Shown here piece after piece: positions 61,050-64,000 of a DNA stretch of 64,000 bases. Location: assembly GCF_006345805.1 (NCBI RefSeq), contig NC_042997.1, forward strand, positions 203,236,001-203,300,000, read 5' to 3'. The position numbers and the translations under genes were made by a program. How positions within the stretch are numbered: the first letter of the stretch is position 1; the number at the start of each line of letters is the position of its first letter. This stretch comes from Octopus sinensis. Lineage: Eukaryota. The notes beneath the pieces are model-generated. The model was not told where the DNA came from. It ran no database searches and saw only the letters and a program-made list of their open reading frames with translations.

Positions 61050-61790
61050 CTGATTTGATATGTCCCCTGTCGCCCCCCCCCCTTTGGCGGTTTTTTTCTT
61101 ACGGATGTAACAACCACATGAATGCTTCCTCATTGGCTCACAATCAGAAGAGTTTTTGCATATTATAAGGTGACTGTGGCAGGGAGGCTAGCAATATGAA
61201 GACATATTGAAGAACCTTCTTGGGGAATGGCAAAGTGGGCCGCAAATGTGGAAACTTGAGGAGGAGTACTGCTGACAGAGTTGTGTTGGTTGAGAAGTGA
61301 TGGGTATAAGGATTCTAAAAAGTTGGTTGAGGACCTCCTAGCCAGAGAACAGAAGGCTCTACTGTAATTTGAGAGGCTGGAAAAACAAACAACTTTCAGG
61401 CTGTGCAATGCACAAAGATATCATCTGATTTTTTATTGTAGACTTCTATAAATTATAATGGTAGGGAGATTTAGTAGGTATATTATAGTCCCTTCCTTAG
61501 GAGCTTTGCTTTCTTGAGGAAAGTGAATGAACATACTTAGAAGGGGGATTTTGGTCACCTGCTCAGTGATCTGAGATAAGTCAGCAGTGACTCATGTTTG
61601 CTGCCAGACAGTTGTCATAGAAATGACAGAACTCCAACTCTCTCCCCCCTCTCTCTCTCTCTCATATTGATTTGATCTGAAGGAATGGTCTGTGTCTGAG
61701 ACTGGCGACATAAACATGGTTGACAGTAGCAAATCAACAGCTGAAGGAAAAACATGGCCACATAATGAGGAAGCCTTTTCCATTATCATT
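61050..61790 (-). pseudogene. CR1/Zenon-like LINE remnant: endonuclease end and linker
   Basis: VDLLLST..SDTDHSF, SQITEQV, SRAFCSLARRSSTNFLESLYPSL..STFAAHFA (cf. SR.FWSLAK...NF..S..PPL..KA.LF...F). Confidence 0.55.
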
Positions 61791-61849
61791 AATATACTCC
61801 AGAGCTAGCTCCCTATTCTTATTGTACACTTAAATTTCTCTTCTATTTT

Positions 61850-62560
61850 GGGGGATAAATTTACTACAGAGTGTCCCATTTTCAACAGCAGTAACTCTCC
61901 TGACCCTGCCAACTATTGTTCTTTCACACTTACCTCCATGTCAAAACTGATAGAGAGGGTCATTAACTACAACCATCTTCAACACCTCAATCTATCTCCC
62001 ACCTTAACCCTTTCGTTACTGTATTTATTTTGAGATGCTCTGTGTTTCTTTCAATTACTTTAAATATAACAAAGAATTTAGTAAAATAACTTCGTTATCA
62101 TTAAGCTGGTGTTAGGAACATAAATTGTGACTAAGGTTTGGTGGAAGATTTGAATTCAAAACTTATGAAAACAAGACATTTGTACTACTGAACCAGAGCC
62201 GATTTTGGCCGGGTTAGTAACAAAAGGGTTAATGACCACCAATATGGTTTTCATAAACCCAAATCAAATGAAAATCTATCACCTCATAAACCCATAGCTT
62301 CTTTACCTTTCACACTGTTAACATAAGTGTTGATGGAGCTATTTCTACCCTATATTCTATCAACTCTTGTACACTCAGACTGCTTGGTTTTATCTTCACA
62401 ACAGTTAGCTCATTATCAACTTCAACAATGCCCACTTTTGTGCAGAAGATCCTACTCTTCATTCCTCCTTAACTTTCCATCTCCAAGGATCATCCACATG
62501 CAAAACCTGCCTTGACTCAATAAACAGATCTCAAGAACATTCACCGTGGGAAGTCCTGCC
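61850..62560 (+). pseudogene. CR1/Zenon-like RT remnant interrupted by a TTAA MITE
   Basis: PDPANYCSFTLTSMSKLIERVIN, then after removing the MITE LNDHQYGFHK, VDGAISTLYSINS, CAEDPTLHSS (YADD region). Confidence 0.7.
62008..62228. mobile_element. TTAA MITE family P2 with intact TSDs
   Basis: TTAA|CCCTTTCGTTACT ... AGTAACAAAAGGG|TTAA; excision restores the LINE codons CTT AAT GAC CAC CAA TAT GGT TTT. Confidence 0.9.
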
Positions 62561-63179
62561 AACAGTGGACTACTAAATGAGCTTAGTAGAGTGGAAGGAG
62601 ATAGAGTTCACTGATGGGTGTCATCATCATCACTGTTCGACCATGGTCGAGACAATGGAATTTACTTTCACGGTCCATCATAGCATTAGGGTAGAAAGGG
62701 CTCCTTAGCCGTAGTGAATGCAATCTGTCTAGGGAGATAATAATAATAAACCTTACAATAAATCACTCAGTCCGTAGCTTAGAAATACTGGGTTGACATC
62801 CATCAGGAACAGCTTTGTTTCATGGAGGAGGAAAGGTCTTCTTTAGTGCTTGGTTGTACAATGCTTTCCAAATGTGTGTAGTAGCGGCGCACACACACAT
62901 TATTAGCCATTTGAAAAGACTATGGAATTTACAATTAACTGCACCAGGGTTCCTCTTCCCCAGGGAACCAGACTTAATGGTATACCTGTGGATGTAGGTC
63001 CAGCCCCTGCTTTGCCGGTCCTGTCTCTGATCACGTTGCACCTCCAAGGGCATCCAATGACGGTGATGCCCTCAATCTTAACAGACGGGTATCACCTGAT
63101 GGAGAAGAGTCAGCTCCCAACCAAACAACACCAGACAAACATCTCATCAGCTGTAAAAATCATACGATACTCAGCACCT

Positions 63180-63700
63180 GATGGGTGTAGTGTATGGGAG
63201 GAGTAAAGAAGGTGTGTTGCTTTGACGAGGTGCAGATGTACTGATGGTTGAGTAAAAACAGATCCAAGGTATCTGTTGTGTCTGAAGGATACAAATGGCG
63301 GGGATGCAATCTGGTGCACAACACTTCAGAATGACTGACAATTCAGTCTCTCCATCAGCAGAGTCAGTGTGAGACAAGTTTGAGAGGTAGGAGGAATTGT
63401 ATGCATTGAAGTCAGCTAGTAAAGACGATCTCAGAGACGAGCTGAGACAGAGTCTACAATGGTAGATGTAAAGAGTCAAATAGCTGACAGCAATTGAAGG
63501 AGTTTGGTTGTCATACAGAAAGCAGATAAACTTAGAGGAATAGAAAAACTTTGAACCAAAATAACTGCGAGTGATTTGAGAGAAAATCCAAGTGACAAGT
63601 GAATGGCGAGGAGAGTGGAATCTACATATGGACAGAACCAAGAGAGAAAATAGAGTGTAATCTAGATAGGAAGGATGAATTACATACTGGAAAATAACTG
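63180..63700 (-). pseudogene. CR1/Zenon-like AP endonuclease remnant
   Basis: LADFNAYNSSYLSNLSHTDSADG (cf. GDFNAH...WL..S..TD.AG) and TLDLFL. Confidence 0.65.
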
Positions 63701-63897
63701 AGAGCTGTGTGACTTATCAATAAAAAGAAAGCACTTAAAGAATCAAGAAGAAATTCTGAAAAGTTAAATATTCTGAAGAGCTTTAGTTGACAGCAAAAAG
63801 AGAGAAATTCTATTCATGTACATATCTACATATATACACACACACACACATCATATATATATATAATATATATACATATACCTCTCTCTTTCTCTCC

Positions 63898-63929
<32 letters not shown>

Positions 63930-64000
63930 GCACGCACGCACACATACATACATACATACAGCAATACTCAAACATTTATATACACATTTAAATACATTAA

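Overview
AT-rich, microsatellite-dense eukaryotic genomic DNA with no intact protein-coding gene, rRNA, tRNA gene or CRISPR array that I can support. The repeats are tRNA-headed SINEs with (GT)n linkers, RTE LINE 3' ends with (ATG)n tails, R4/Dong-like and CR1/Zenon-like fragments, Tc1/mariner remnants, TTAA MITEs and Helitrons. They resemble what I know of coleoid cephalopod genomes, most likely Octopus (inference, no database search). Nearly all ORFs in the supplied track are chance ORFs from repeats or microsatellites; the few with real homology are decayed transposon proteins. The most interesting signals are: (1) a textbook recursive-splice-like AG|GTAAGT site on the minus strand at 46914/46913 plus two minus-strand microexon candidates, suggesting the window lies in a very long intron; (2) four fold-back elements with a shared architecture (inverted duplication in which one arm lacks an internal segment), one with a perfect 78-bp spacerless palindrome; (3) a perfect 41-bp locally templated inverted insertion; (4) a modular SINE system in which one tRNA-like head is joined to two different LINE-type tails, one showing a compensatory stem-loop change. 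Element boundaries are approximate unless TSDs or termini are quoted. Family assignments come from motifs recalled from memory.
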